Of a DNA stretch of 64,000 bases, positions 1-9,315 are shown in pieces. Each line of letters opens with the position of its first letter. The first letter of the stretch is position 1. The notes beneath the pieces are model-generated. The model was given only the letters and a program-made list of their open reading frames with translations, had not been told where the DNA came from and did not search any database. Location of the stretch: positions 53,955 through 117,954 of the forward strand of contig JALOAJ010000002.1 in NCBI GenBank assembly GCA_023228885.1. The letters run 5' to 3'. Both the position numbers and the translations under genes were made by a program. The DNA is from Bacillota bacterium (lineage in GTDB: Bacteria > Bacillota > Clostridia > Monoglobales > Firm-18).

Positions 1-65
1 GCAACGATATTATTATTGTAAACAACCAACCGAAAGGTTCTGATTGTTACTAAGGAGGTTTTAAT

Positions 66-527
66 GTGAAGTGCATTTTTTGCGGGCATCTTGAAAGCAA
101 GGTTATTGATACGCGTTGTGCGGAGGATGGAACATATAACAGACGAAGACGCGAATGCTTAAGCTGCGGCCAACGCTTTACCAGCTATGAACGGGTGGAA
201 AATATGCCGCTGATTGTTGTTAAAAAAGATTTGTCAAAACAGCCCTTTAACCGCGAAAAGCTTTTGAACGGTTTACTGCGGGCTTGCGAAAAACGCCCTG
301 TTTCATTAGAACAGCTTGAAGGAATTATTGATGAAGTAGAAAAGGTTGCGCGAAGCGCCCCTGCAAGGGAAATTACAACGGTTGAAATCGGCGAGCTTGT
401 TACAAACAAGCTCCGCAAGATTGATGAAGTTGCATATGTGCGTTTCGCCTCCGTTTACAAACAATTTAAAGATGTCAATTCATTTATGGACGAGCTTAAA
501 AAACTATTAAAGGAAAAGAAGCTTTGA
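66..527 (+). CDS. nrdR: Transcriptional repressor NrdR
   Basis: N-terminal zinc ribbon (MKCIFCGH...[12 protein letters not shown]) followed by an ATP-cone; GTG start 6 nt after AAGGAGG. Confidence 0.95.
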   Translation: MKCIFCGHLESKVIDTRCAEDGTYNRRRRECLSCGQRFTSYERVENMPLIVVKKDLSKQPFNREKLLNGLLRACEKRPVSLEQLEGIIDEVEKVARSAPAREITTVEIGELVTNKLRKIDEVAYVRFASVYKQFKDVNSFMDELKKLLKEKKL

Positions 528-1853
528 AACATTTGTAATTGTGCCCGCACCCATCGTTATTACAATGTCGTTTTCCTCAACATTTCCTTTTAAATATTTA
601 ACAATATCATTGAAGTCGCTTATATATAATGCGCCTTCAATTTTTTTAGCAAGCATTTCGGCGCTAATTTCACCATTATCTTTTTCTCTTGCTGCATAAA
701 TGTCGGTAACGATTATATTATCCGCCAATGATAATGCAGTTGCAAATTCATTGAAAAACGCCTTTGTTCTCGTGTAGGTGTGCGGCTGAAAGACACACCA
801 AACTTTGCCGCTTGCCATCCCTTTTGCTGTTTTAAGCGTTGCCAAAATTTCTGTTGGATGGTGGGCATAATCATCATAAACAAAAGCGCCGTTCATTTCC
901 CCCATATATTCAAACCTACGCCCTATGCCGTCAAACTTTTCAATGCCTTGTGCAATAATATGCGGCTTTATTCCCACATTATGCGCCGTTGCAAAAACAG
1001 CAAGCGCATTAGACACATTATGCAAGCCCTTTACGCCAAGCTTTATTTTTTCTTTTAAACCGTTATAGCATACTGTAAATTTTATTGAACCATCTTTTTG
1101 TATTACTATATCAGATGCGCTATACTTACCGCTTGCTCCGAATGTAATTATTTCACAAGCGGCGTTTTTGGCACAGCTTAAAACTTTTTCGTCATCGGCA
1201 TTCAACACAGCAAAGCCGCCCGCCGGTATTTTTTCAATGAATTTTCCAAACGAATTTGCAATACTGTCAACATCCTTAAAGTAATCCAAATGGTCTGCCT
1301 CAATGTTTAAAACTATTGCCGCAAAAGGATTGAACTTCAAAAAACTGTCAACATATTCGCATGCTTCAAATATAAAATATTTAGAATCGCCAATACAAAT
1401 GTTTCCGTTTATGAGAGAATATTCCCCTCCAACCAAAACGGTAGGGTCGCATTTTGCATGCACAAACACACATGAAAGCATGGCGGTGGTTGTGGTTTTT
1501 CCATGAGTGCCGCTAACGGCAATGGGAACATTGTAATCGTTCATCAATACGCCTAAAAAATCCGCCCGCTCAAAAACATCAAGTCCAAGGCTTCTTGCAT
1601 GCATAAGCTCGGCATTATCGGCAGCTATTGCAGCGGTGTATATAACCGTATCGGCATTTGCTATGTTTTCAGGGCGATGCCCTATTTTAATTTCAGCGCC
1701 CATTTCTCTAAGATGTGAAATTATTTGCGAATCAACAGCGTCTGAACCGCTCACATTTATGCCGCGGTTTATTAGAATTTGGGCAATCGCACTCATGCTT
1801 ATGCCCCCGATGCCTATAAAATGAACATTTTTATGTAGCTTTTTATCTGACAA
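507..1853 (-). CDS. murC: UDP-N-acetylmuramate--L-alanine ligase
   Basis: [15 protein letters not shown]-terminal fold and Mur ligase P-loop GTHGKTTTT; 448 aa. Confidence 0.95.
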   Translation of the reverse strand: MSDKKLHKNVHFIGIGGISMSAIAQILINRGINVSGSDAVDSQIISHLREMGAEIKIGHRPENIANADTVIYTAAIAADNAELMHARSLGLDVFERADFLGVLMNDYNVPIAVSGTHGKTTTTAMLSCVFVHAKCDPTVLVGGEYSLINGNICIGDSKYFIFEACEYVDSFLKFNPFAAIVLNIEADHLDYFKDVDSIANSFGKFIEKIPAGGFAVLNADDEKVLSCAKNAACEIITFGASGKYSASDIVIQKDGSIKFTVCYNGLKEKIKLGVKGLHNVSNALAVFATAHNVGIKPHIIAQGIEKFDGIGRRFEYMGEMNGAFVYDDYAHHPTEILATLKTAKGMASGKVWCVFQPHTYTRTKAFFNEFATALSLADNIIVTDIYAAREKDNGEISAEMLAKKIEGALYISDFNDIVKYLKGNVEENDIVITMGAGTITNVSKLLFL

Positions 1854-2051
1854 TTCTTTGTAACCCCTTTTCTTTTAGGTTTGTATACTGTTTTTCATTT
1901 GAAAATGCAAATAAGATAGTCTTATTTTACCGTATTAACTATATTATATGCTATTTTTTGAAAAAAATCAAAAATAATTTGATTTTTTAACAGATATGTA
2001 GTAAAATATGTATATATCATAATTCAAAAAGCGAAAGGTGGTCTTTAGGGC

Positions 2052-2360
2052 ATGGATATTACCGATATCAGGGTAAGAAAAATCAACTCGGAAGGGCGCA
2101 TGAAAGCTGTTGTTTCGGTTACTTTTGATAATTGCTTTGTTGTGCACGATATCAAAGTAATCGAGGGGCAGGAAAAACTGTTTGTTGCAATGCCAAGCAG
2201 AAAAACACCGGACGGAGAATTTAAAGACATTGCGCACCCAATTAACTCTGAAATGAGGGAAGTGCTGCAGTCGGCTATCATTTCAAAATACGAAGAGGTA
2301 AAAGATTTTGAAGATTCAAAAGAAACGGAAGCCGATACCGCCTCTTCGCCGGAAGAATAA
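2052..2360 (+). CDS. spoVG: Septation/sporulation regulator SpoVG
   Basis: [11 protein letters not shown]...[21 protein letters not shown]...FVAMPSRK is the canonical SpoVG core; acidic tail. Confidence 0.95.
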   Translation: MDITDIRVRKINSEGRMKAVVSVTFDNCFVVHDIKVIEGQEKLFVAMPSRKTPDGEFKDIAHPINSEMREVLQSAIISKYEEVKDFEDSKETEADTASSPEE

Positions 2361-2427
2361 AAATTAAACATAAGCGCAACTATTTTATTCTAAAACCAAA
2401 GGTAGTATAAACACAGCAATAAATTAG

Positions 2428-2460
2428 GGAGAAGCGCATTTTGTGTTTCTCCTTACTTTT
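2428..2460 (+). terminator. Probable rho-independent terminator of spoVG
   Basis: GGAGAAGCGC / GTGTTTCTCC stem (two G-U pairs), ATTTT loop, followed by TTACTTTT. Confidence 0.5.
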
Positions 2461-2473
2461 AAATCCAAAGGGG

Positions 2474-2597
2474 TGCCGGATAATATAGGGCAGCCTTAAA
2501 AATTAAACCCTTTTAAGGCATTGTAGCATGGTCATCGCAAAAAAAGTTTGTAAAAAGGCTTTTTTGCGAAAAATTTTGCCCGCTTGATTATCCGGCA
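2474..2597. other. Nested three-stem palindromic element (candidate structured RNA or miniature repeat)
   Basis: Outer stem GCCGGATAAT (2475-2484) / ATTATCCGGC (2587-2596) plus GGGCA/TGCCC; inner hairpins GCCTTAAAA/TTTTAAGGC and TCGCAAAAAA/TTTTTTGCGA; all Watson-Crick. Confidence 0.4.
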
Positions 2598-2622
2598 TTT
2601 ATTATAAAAAGGGGCGTTTTTA

Positions 2623-5600
2623 TTGTCACTCCAAATAATATATGGCAGAGCAGGAAGCGGTAAAACAAATGCCTGCTTTGATGTAATTAAAAAACATTCC
2701 GCACGAGAAACCTTGTTTATTGTTCCGGAACAAATCTCGCTTATAACGGAAAAGGAAATAACAAAAAGATTTTCTCAAAGCAAAGTAGAGGTTTTAAGCT
2801 TTGAACGCCTTGCACAGCGCGTTTTTTCCACCGTTGGTCCCGTGGGCATTCAATATGTCGACAGCTCTGCAAATTATATGCTTATTCAACAACTATTATT
2901 TGAGCTAAATAAAAAGTTTACATATTTGACCGGGGCTTGCGAAACGGAAGATTTTGGCTCCGTTATTGCCGAAACAATAAATGAACTTAAGCGATGCAAT
3001 ATCACGCCGGAAATTGTTACCGGTTTGGTTGATATGCTGGATGGTCCTATAAAACTTAAAATGTCAGACATTGCTTTGATATATGCGCAGTATAATAAAT
3101 TGCTCGAACACCCCCTTTCAAACGAAGAAGATGCCTTGCCGACCGCCCTTGAAAAGATAGTAGAGCACAACTTATATAGTGGCATAAATGTTGTTATCCA
3201 TTCGTTTAACAGCTTTTCACCTGTGCAGTTTTTGGTGATAGAGGAATTTTTGCGCCGTGCCGATACCGTTACCCTTTCGCTTTGCACCGATTCCGTTTTC
3301 CCGCCGGACGATATATCGGATGTTTTTTATTCCGCCAAAAAAAGCGCAAATAAATTATTCGACATTGCCCGCAATAATAATGTTTCGGTTCTGCCCAATA
3401 TATACACCGATAATTTTAAAAAATATGAAAACAATAGTGAATTGCTGTTTTTAGAGAAAACCTACTTTAATTACAGCTCTGATAAATTTGAAGATAATGT
3501 GCAGAATGTTGCAATTTTTTCTGCCGATAACCACTTTGGCGAGGTTGAGGCGGCTGCGCAAAATATATTGCGTCTTTGCAGAGAAAAAAAATATCGCTTT
3601 AAAGACATAGCGGTAATAACAAAGGCAATGGATGTGTATGCGCCGCTCATTCGAAATATGTTTGAGGATTTTGAAATTTTATATCATATAGACGAGAAAC
3701 AAAATACCATGCAGCACCCCTTCACAAGGGCAGTTTTATCGGCGCTCGACATTATAATTCACAATTTTGAATACGAGCCTGTTTTCACATGGCTAAAGTC
3801 GGAATACAGCAATGCAAAAGAGGGCGATGTTTTTCTTTTGGAAAACTATGTGCTTGCTTGCGGCGTTACATCGGCAATGTGGAAAAATGACAAGGAATGG
3901 ACCTTTTTGCCGTATGGTTTTGACGAAACGGATTTGGAGCAAATAAACAATATTAGAAAAACGGTTATTGCAGACATTGTTGCCTTTGAATCAAAATTTA
4001 GCGGCAGGAAAACAGTATATGAAATTTCATCTGCCTTTATTGATTTTTTATATCAATCGGGCGCAGAAAAAACCGTGCGTGAAAAAATAGCCCAATATCG
4101 AAAAGACGGGCTCATTGAAAAAAGCAATTCGCTTTCCATGGTTTGGAACGCAATTATATCAACTATTGATTCTTTTACTTTATCCTTTAAGGATAAATAT
4201 ATAACATTTGAAAAATACCGTTCAATTTTTATAACCGGGCTTAAAGGTTATAAAATAAACGAAATACCGCCGACGGTTGACGAGGTGCTTATTTGCGATG
4301 TAAACCGATTTTATAATCGTGATAAAAAATGCGTTTTTATATTGGGCGTTTCAAACGGCGTTTTTCCTGCAAGCTATAAAAACGAGGGTTTCCTTTCAGA
4401 CAACGACAGGCAGCAGCTTGCCGATGTAAAGGTCGAGCTTGGCGACAACACCAAAATAAAACAGGCGGGGGAAAGCTATTCGATATATTCGGCATTGACT
4501 TCGCCTGTTGAAAAATTATTTTTATTCTATCCGTCAGCAAACAACGAAGGCGAGGCGCTGTACCCCTCTACTGTTATTGATAGGGTTAAAAATTTATTTC
4601 CCAAACTAAAAGAACAAAGTAACTTATATAAAAGTAGTGATATTATGCCCTCGGTTGAAGGAACGCTGCCTTCTTTTAACAAAATGTTGACCGATATAAT
4701 CAGATTTTCTGAGGTTAAAGCATGGTTTGAAAAAAACCAGTCGCAAAGGCTAAGTCATGCGTTAACTGCCCTATCATACACCAACATGCCTGCCCCGCTG
4801 TCCCCCAAAGCCGTTTCAACTCTTTTCGGCAATATGCCGAGTGCAAGCATATCTCGGGCGGAGCAATATAACGGCTGCGCTTTCGCATACTATTTAAAAT
4901 ACGGGCTTAGTGCAAAGGTACGCGAAAAACATGTTATAGAACCTGCTCAAACGGGCAGTTTTATGCACGAAATTATCGAACAATATTCCAACTTTGCGCA
5001 AGAAGTCGGGTGGGATAATGTGTCGCCAAACGAACTTGAACAAAAAATTAGTGAAATAACCGAAAATGTTTTTAAAAAGTATTTAAGCGAAATATACACC
5101 TCCTCTCCTCGATTTAACTACCTTTCTAAAAAAATTAAAAATATTATGTCAACCACCGCAAAAAGCATTTCGGAATTTTATAAAAGCTCTCCGTTTGTTC
5201 CGCTTGGATATGAAGTGGCTTTCGGTGAGGGGGGCAATTTCCCGCCTATTACCCTTGATGTTGACGGCGTTTCGGTAAAGCTGCGCGGGAAGGTTGACCG
5301 AGTGGACATATGGCGCACCAAAAGCGGCAACTATATAAATGTTGTTGATTATAAATCAAGCGGCAAGGATATTGATTATTCTCAAGTTTTATGCGGGATA
5401 CAAATACAACTGCCGACATATATTAAAGCTGTTTGCGAAACTCTTTCACAGCGTGAAGGGGTTGTGTCCGTGCCCGCTGCAATGTTATATTATAAATTTG
5501 ATTCGCCCCTTATAACGGCAAACAAAAACATTACAGACGAGCAGATTTGGCAGGGCGTTCAAAAAAACTTGCGAATGAAAGGCTTAACGCTGGAGCGAGA

Positions 5601-5895
5601 TGAAATTGCCGAAGGGATAAACACCGTTTATGCAGTTAAATCAACCGCAACCGGCAAGAATATAGACACAATATGCTCTGTTGCGCATAAAAAGCTTTTA
5701 GCGGCTTTCAAAGGAATTTTAAAAGGAAATATCAGCTTAAACCCGGTTAGGGTTTCCGGTTATACCGCCTGCGATTATTGTCCGTACCGCCCAATATGCA
5801 GGTTTGACACCTCTCTTGGAGGCAATAAATATAAAAGCTTTAAAAAATTGAGCAAGGAGGAGTTTTTCAACCATGTCGATAAAATGGACGGATGA
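2623..5895 (+). CDS. addB: ATP-dependent helicase/nuclease AddAB, subunit B
   Basis: Walker A GRAGSGKT at the N-terminus; C-terminal RecB-type nuclease (VDRVD...VVDYKSS) with Fe-S cysteines (C...CDYCPYRPIC); TTG start; immediately upstream of addA. Confidence 0.9.
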   Translation: MSLQIIYGRAGSGKTNACFDVIKKHSARETLFIVPEQISLITEKEITKRFSQSKVEVLSFERLAQRVFSTVGPVGIQYVDSSANYMLIQQLLFELNKKFTYLTGACETEDFGSVIAETINELKRCNITPEIVTGLVDMLDGPIKLKMSDIALIYAQYNKLLEHPLSNEEDALPTALEKIVEHNLYSGINVVIHSFNSFSPVQFLVIEEFLRRADTVTLSLCTDSVFPPDDISDVFYSAKKSANKLFDIARNNNVSVLPNIYTDNFKKYENNSELLFLEKTYFNYSSDKFEDNVQNVAIFSADNHFGEVEAAAQNILRLCREKKYRFKDIAVITKAMDVYAPLIRNMFEDFEILYHIDEKQNTMQHPFTRAVLSALDIIIHNFEYEPVFTWLKSEYSNAKEGDVFLLENYVLACGVTSAMWKNDKEWTFLPYGFDETDLEQINNIRKTVIADIVAFESKFSGRKTVYEISSAFIDFLYQSGAEKTVREKIAQYRKDGLIEKSNSLSMVWNAIISTIDSFTLSFKDKYITFEKYRSIFITGLKGYKINEIPPTVDEVLICDVNRFYNRDKKCVFILGVSNGVFPASYKNEGFLSDNDRQQLADVKVELGDNTKIKQAGESYSIYSALTSPVEKLFLFYPSANNEGEALYPSTVIDRVKNLFPKLKEQSNLYKSSDIMPSVEGTLPSFNKMLTDIIRFSEVKAWFEKNQSQRLSHALTALSYTNMPAPLSPKAVSTLFGNMPSASISRAEQYNGCAFAYYLKYGLSAKVREKHVIEPAQTGSFMHEIIEQYSNFAQEVGWDNVSPNELEQKISEITENVFKKYLSEIYTSSPRFNYLSKKIKNIMSTTAKSISEFYKSSPFVPLGYEVAFGEGGNFPPITLDVDGVSVKLRGKVDRVDIWRTKSGNYINVVDYKSSGKDIDYSQVLCGIQIQLPTYIKAVCETLSQREGVVSVPAAMLYYKFDSPLITANKNITDEQIWQGVQKNLRMKGLTLERDEIAEGINTVYAVKSTATGKNIDTICSVAHKKLLAAFKGILKGNISLNPVRVSGYTACDYCPYRPICRFDTSLGGNKYKSFKKLSKEEFFNHVDKMDG

Positions 5896-8800
5896 GCAGC
5901 AAAAGGCAATAACCGAAAAAGGCAAAAACGTTCTTGTTTCGGCGGCGGCGGGCTCGGGGAAAACCGCCGTATTGGTTGAGCGCGTTATACAGCTTATAAC
6001 CGATAAGCAAAACCCAATAACGATAGACCGCCTTCTGATTGTAACGTTTACAAACGCTGCAGCAAACGGAATGCAAATTAAAATACATAAAAAACTGCAA
6101 AACTTGCTTGAAAAATCGAAAGAAAACAAGCATATAGCAAACCAGCTTGTACTTTTGCCAAAGGCAACCATCACAACGGTACACTCTTTTTGCCAAGATT
6201 TAATTAGAAATAATTTTCTTAAATTGGGGCTTAACGCCTCTTTTGAAATAGGGGACGATACACAGCTTTCAATACTCAGAGAAAAAGCGCTTGCACAAAC
6301 TTTGGAAATGCGATATGAAAACTCGTCGAAAGCCTTTGAAGGGTTGGTTGACGGGTTTGGCGGCAAAAAAGACGATAAAAGCCTTTCCGATATTATCATG
6401 AATTTATATTATTTCACACAAAGCGTTGCAAACCCTAAACAATGGCTTGAAACTGCGAAAGATAATTTTTGCGACCAAGGCTTTGACTTATGGAGCAAAT
6501 ACATACTGCTTTCGTTAAAGGAAGAAATAAAAGGGATGATAAAGTCGTACGACAGCGCAATAGATGCAATAATAAGCGATATTGATTTGCATGCGTATCA
6601 TGATACATTTGTGGCAGAGCGCGGATTGTTGGAAAATATACTTTTTAAATGCAGCGGCGGCTGGGACGAGATGAGGGAATTTATTTGCAGTATCAAATTT
6701 GTCACATTGCCTCGAAAAGGTAAAAATGCAGATGATGCGAAAGCCAATTTTGCTAAAAAAATTCGTGATAATGTTAAAAAAAGCATAAAAAATGCTTGCG
6801 ACACTTTTTATTCATCAGCCCAAAGCATTAAGGCGGACAACATTGAATTATCCGAAATAATAGGTGAATTGTGCAGCATTGTTTGGGATTTTACACAGCT
6901 TTATTCCGAGTTAAAGCGTGACCGGAATTTAGTTGATTTTAATGACCTTGAGCACTTTTCCTTAAAATTATTGGAGGATAACGAAATTTCAAAGCAGGTA
7001 AAAGATAAGTTCGCTTTTGTGTTAGTCGATGAATATCAAGATACAAACGGCGTGCAGGAGGGCTTGTTTCAAGCTGTTTCAACCGGCGACAATCTTTTTA
7101 TGGTTGGGGATGTTAAACAAAGCATATATGGGTTTAGAAATGCACAGCCCTCCATTTTCACCCAAAAAGCAGAGCGTTACCGCAAAGACCCAAAAAGAGG
7201 GACGCTTATCAACCTGTTTCACAATTTTAGAAGTGACGATAATATAATAAGCTTTGCAAACAATGTTTTTTATAAAATTATGAGCGAGCATATCGGAAAT
7301 GTTAACTACACGGATGGACATGGCTTAAAAGGGGTAGGAAAAAGTTCAACCCAATCGGAGGTTGAAATCAACCTGATAGAAAAAAAGTTTGAATTTTCGG
7401 ATGAATATTCCGTCGAGGAGCAACTGTCAAACGATATGGAACGCGAAGCAATGTTTGTTGCACGGCGTATAAGAAAATTAGTTGAAGTTGAAAAACCGCT
7501 AATACCTGATGAAAGCACCGGCAAAACAAGGCGGTTGCAGTATAGGGATATAGCAATTTTAGCGCGCAAAAACAAAGGAATTTCTGATGTTTTTTCACAA
7601 CAGCTTGACGCTTTTAACATTCCTTTTTATTGTGAAGACGAAAAAGGGGATTACACCGAGTCGTTTGAGGTATCAATCATATTATCCTTTCTTAGCGTAA
7701 TTGATAACCCCATCCAAGACATTCCGCTTATTGCCGTCATGCGTAGCCCGCTGTTTTCATTTGATGACGAACAGCTTGTGCGCATACGAAACATGGTAAG
7801 CGAAAGACCTTTTTATAATGCGGTGTGCGCCGATAACAGCTTTGAAAGCAAAGCTTTTTTGCAAGCGCTGGATAAATACCGAAAGGTATCAAAAGATGAA
7901 AAAATCGAATATCTTATACGAAAAATACTAAGCGATACGGGGTTTTTATCATATGTTGCAACGCTGTCCGACGGCGAAACGCGCATTGCCAATTTAAGAC
8001 TGCTTTGCGAACGAGCGGGGCGGTTTGAATCGGATACGCATAAAACGCTATTTGAATTTTTAAGCTATTTAAGCGCAATGAAAGAGCATTCATACAGTTA
8101 CAGCGTTTCAAAAACCTCGGCGCAAAATGACAATGCAGTAAAAATCATGAGCATACACAAAAGCAAAGGCTTGGAATTCCCTGCCGTATTTTTTGTGAGA
8201 TGCGGTGAAATGTTTAATAAGACGGATTTGCGCTCTCCGTTGCAATATGACATTGATTTTGGCATAGGCTGTGATTTTATTGATATTCGGCGCGGCATAA
8301 AATACCCAAACTTGTCAAAGACGGCAATATCGCAAAAAAAGCTGTATTCGCTTTTATCGGAAGAAATGCGAATTATGTATGTTGCGCTCACCAGAGCCCA
8401 GCATTTGCTTTTTGTTTCGGCAAGCTGCAACAACATTGAAAAAAAGTTATGCGATTGGGAAAACAGCAGCCCGCTGCCATATACCGTTGCACTGCAAAAT
8501 ACATTTATTGATTGGATTGGCATTGCGTTGGGCGAACAAATGAGAATGCTTGGTAAAGTCCATGTCCCGCATGAAATTTTGGCTCAAAACGAGGAAAAGC
8601 CCGCAATCGAAACCTACGCTGCCGACAAAGCAAGCGACACTGCTTACTCCAAAGAAATTGCCGAGCGCCTGGAATATGAATACCCGTATAAAGATGCAAA
8701 ATATATTCCCTCGAAACTTCCCGTTAGCCGTGCAATAGGTGAAGTTATGTATGAAGTAAATTTAAAAACACCGGAATTTTTGCAAAAGCCTGCAAAAATG

Positions 8801-9277
8801 ACCGCAGCCCTTCGCGGAACGATAATACATTTTGTTTTGCAAAATATAGATTTGTCGCAAACAGACAGCAAACAGCAAATTCAAAACCAATTGTATGAAA
8901 TGGTTGCAAAAGGAATGTTAAGCAAGGATTTTGCCAATGTTGTGGATATTGAAAAACTTTTTATTTTTTTCAAAAGCGATATTGGTTTCAGGATGAAAAG
9001 TTCGCCTGAAGTAAAGCGTGAGGTGAAGTTTTTTGTTGATATTCCGGCAGATAAAATTATAAACGATTTAGACAAAAGCGTTGCAAACGAAACAATTTTG
9101 CTTCAAGGAGTTGTGGATTGCTATTTTGTCGAAGACGGGCAGCTTGTAATAGTCGATTACAAAACAGGGCGCCCCGATAGGGCGGAGTTTCAAAAACAAC
9201 TTGATTTGTATGCAATGGGGCTTTCAAAAGCACTAAATATGAAAGTAAAGGAAACTATTTTATACCCACTCGTATAA
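5873..9277 (+). CDS. addA: ATP-dependent helicase/nuclease AddAB, subunit A
   Basis: UvrD/Rep motifs AAAGSGKT, VDEYQDTN, MSIHKSKGLEF, YVALTRA; C-terminal nuclease GVVDCYF...IVDYKTG; 23-nt overlap with addB. Confidence 0.93.
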   Translation: MSIKWTDEQQKAITEKGKNVLVSAAAGSGKTAVLVERVIQLITDKQNPITIDRLLIVTFTNAAANGMQIKIHKKLQNLLEKSKENKHIANQLVLLPKATITTVHSFCQDLIRNNFLKLGLNASFEIGDDTQLSILREKALAQTLEMRYENSSKAFEGLVDGFGGKKDDKSLSDIIMNLYYFTQSVANPKQWLETAKDNFCDQGFDLWSKYILLSLKEEIKGMIKSYDSAIDAIISDIDLHAYHDTFVAERGLLENILFKCSGGWDEMREFICSIKFVTLPRKGKNADDAKANFAKKIRDNVKKSIKNACDTFYSSAQSIKADNIELSEIIGELCSIVWDFTQLYSELKRDRNLVDFNDLEHFSLKLLEDNEISKQVKDKFAFVLVDEYQDTNGVQEGLFQAVSTGDNLFMVGDVKQSIYGFRNAQPSIFTQKAERYRKDPKRGTLINLFHNFRSDDNIISFANNVFYKIMSEHIGNVNYTDGHGLKGVGKSSTQSEVEINLIEKKFEFSDEYSVEEQLSNDMEREAMFVARRIRKLVEVEKPLIPDESTGKTRRLQYRDIAILARKNKGISDVFSQQLDAFNIPFYCEDEKGDYTESFEVSIILSFLSVIDNPIQDIPLIAVMRSPLFSFDDEQLVRIRNMVSERPFYNAVCADNSFESKAFLQALDKYRKVSKDEKIEYLIRKILSDTGFLSYVATLSDGETRIANLRLLCERAGRFESDTHKTLFEFLSYLSAMKEHSYSYSVSKTSAQNDNAVKIMSIHKSKGLEFPAVFFVRCGEMFNKTDLRSPLQYDIDFGIGCDFIDIRRGIKYPNLSKTAISQKKLYSLLSEEMRIMYVALTRAQHLLFVSASCNNIEKKLCDWENSSPLPYTVALQNTFIDWIGIALGEQMRMLGKVHVPHEILAQNEEKPAIETYAADKASDTAYSKEIAERLEYEYPYKDAKYIPSKLPVSRAIGEVMYEVNLKTPEFLQKPAKMTAALRGTIIHFVLQNIDLSQTDSKQQIQNQLYEMVAKGMLSKDFANVVDIEKLFIFFKSDIGFRMKSSPEVKREVKFFVDIPADKIINDLDKSVANETILLQGVVDCYFVEDGQLVIVDYKTGRPDRAEFQKQLDLYAMGLSKALNMKVKETILYPLV

Positions 9278-9284
9278 TAATAAA

Positions 9285-9315
9285 TTCGGCACACCCTTTG
9301 GTGTGCCGAACCTTT
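9285..9315. terminator. Bidirectional rho-independent terminator (addA / thrS)
   Basis: TTCGGCACACC-CTTT-GGTGTGCCGAA perfect 11-bp stem, A-rich upstream and CCTTTTT downstream, between convergent genes. Confidence 0.8.

Noticed and set aside
2528-2587. A 19-codon basic ORF (MVIAKKVCKKAFLRKILPA) inside the nested palindrome.
   Set aside because: The SD is weak (AAGG, 9 nt upstream). The peptide sequence is dictated by the A/T-rich stems, and nothing supports translation.
2588-2596. The 9-mer TTATCCGGC is shared between the spoVG-addB element and the tsaB-rpiB gap (30566-30574), raising the idea of a dispersed repeat family.
   Set aside because: One 9-mer match in 128 kb of two-strand sequence is close to chance expectation, and the flanking sequences are unrelated.
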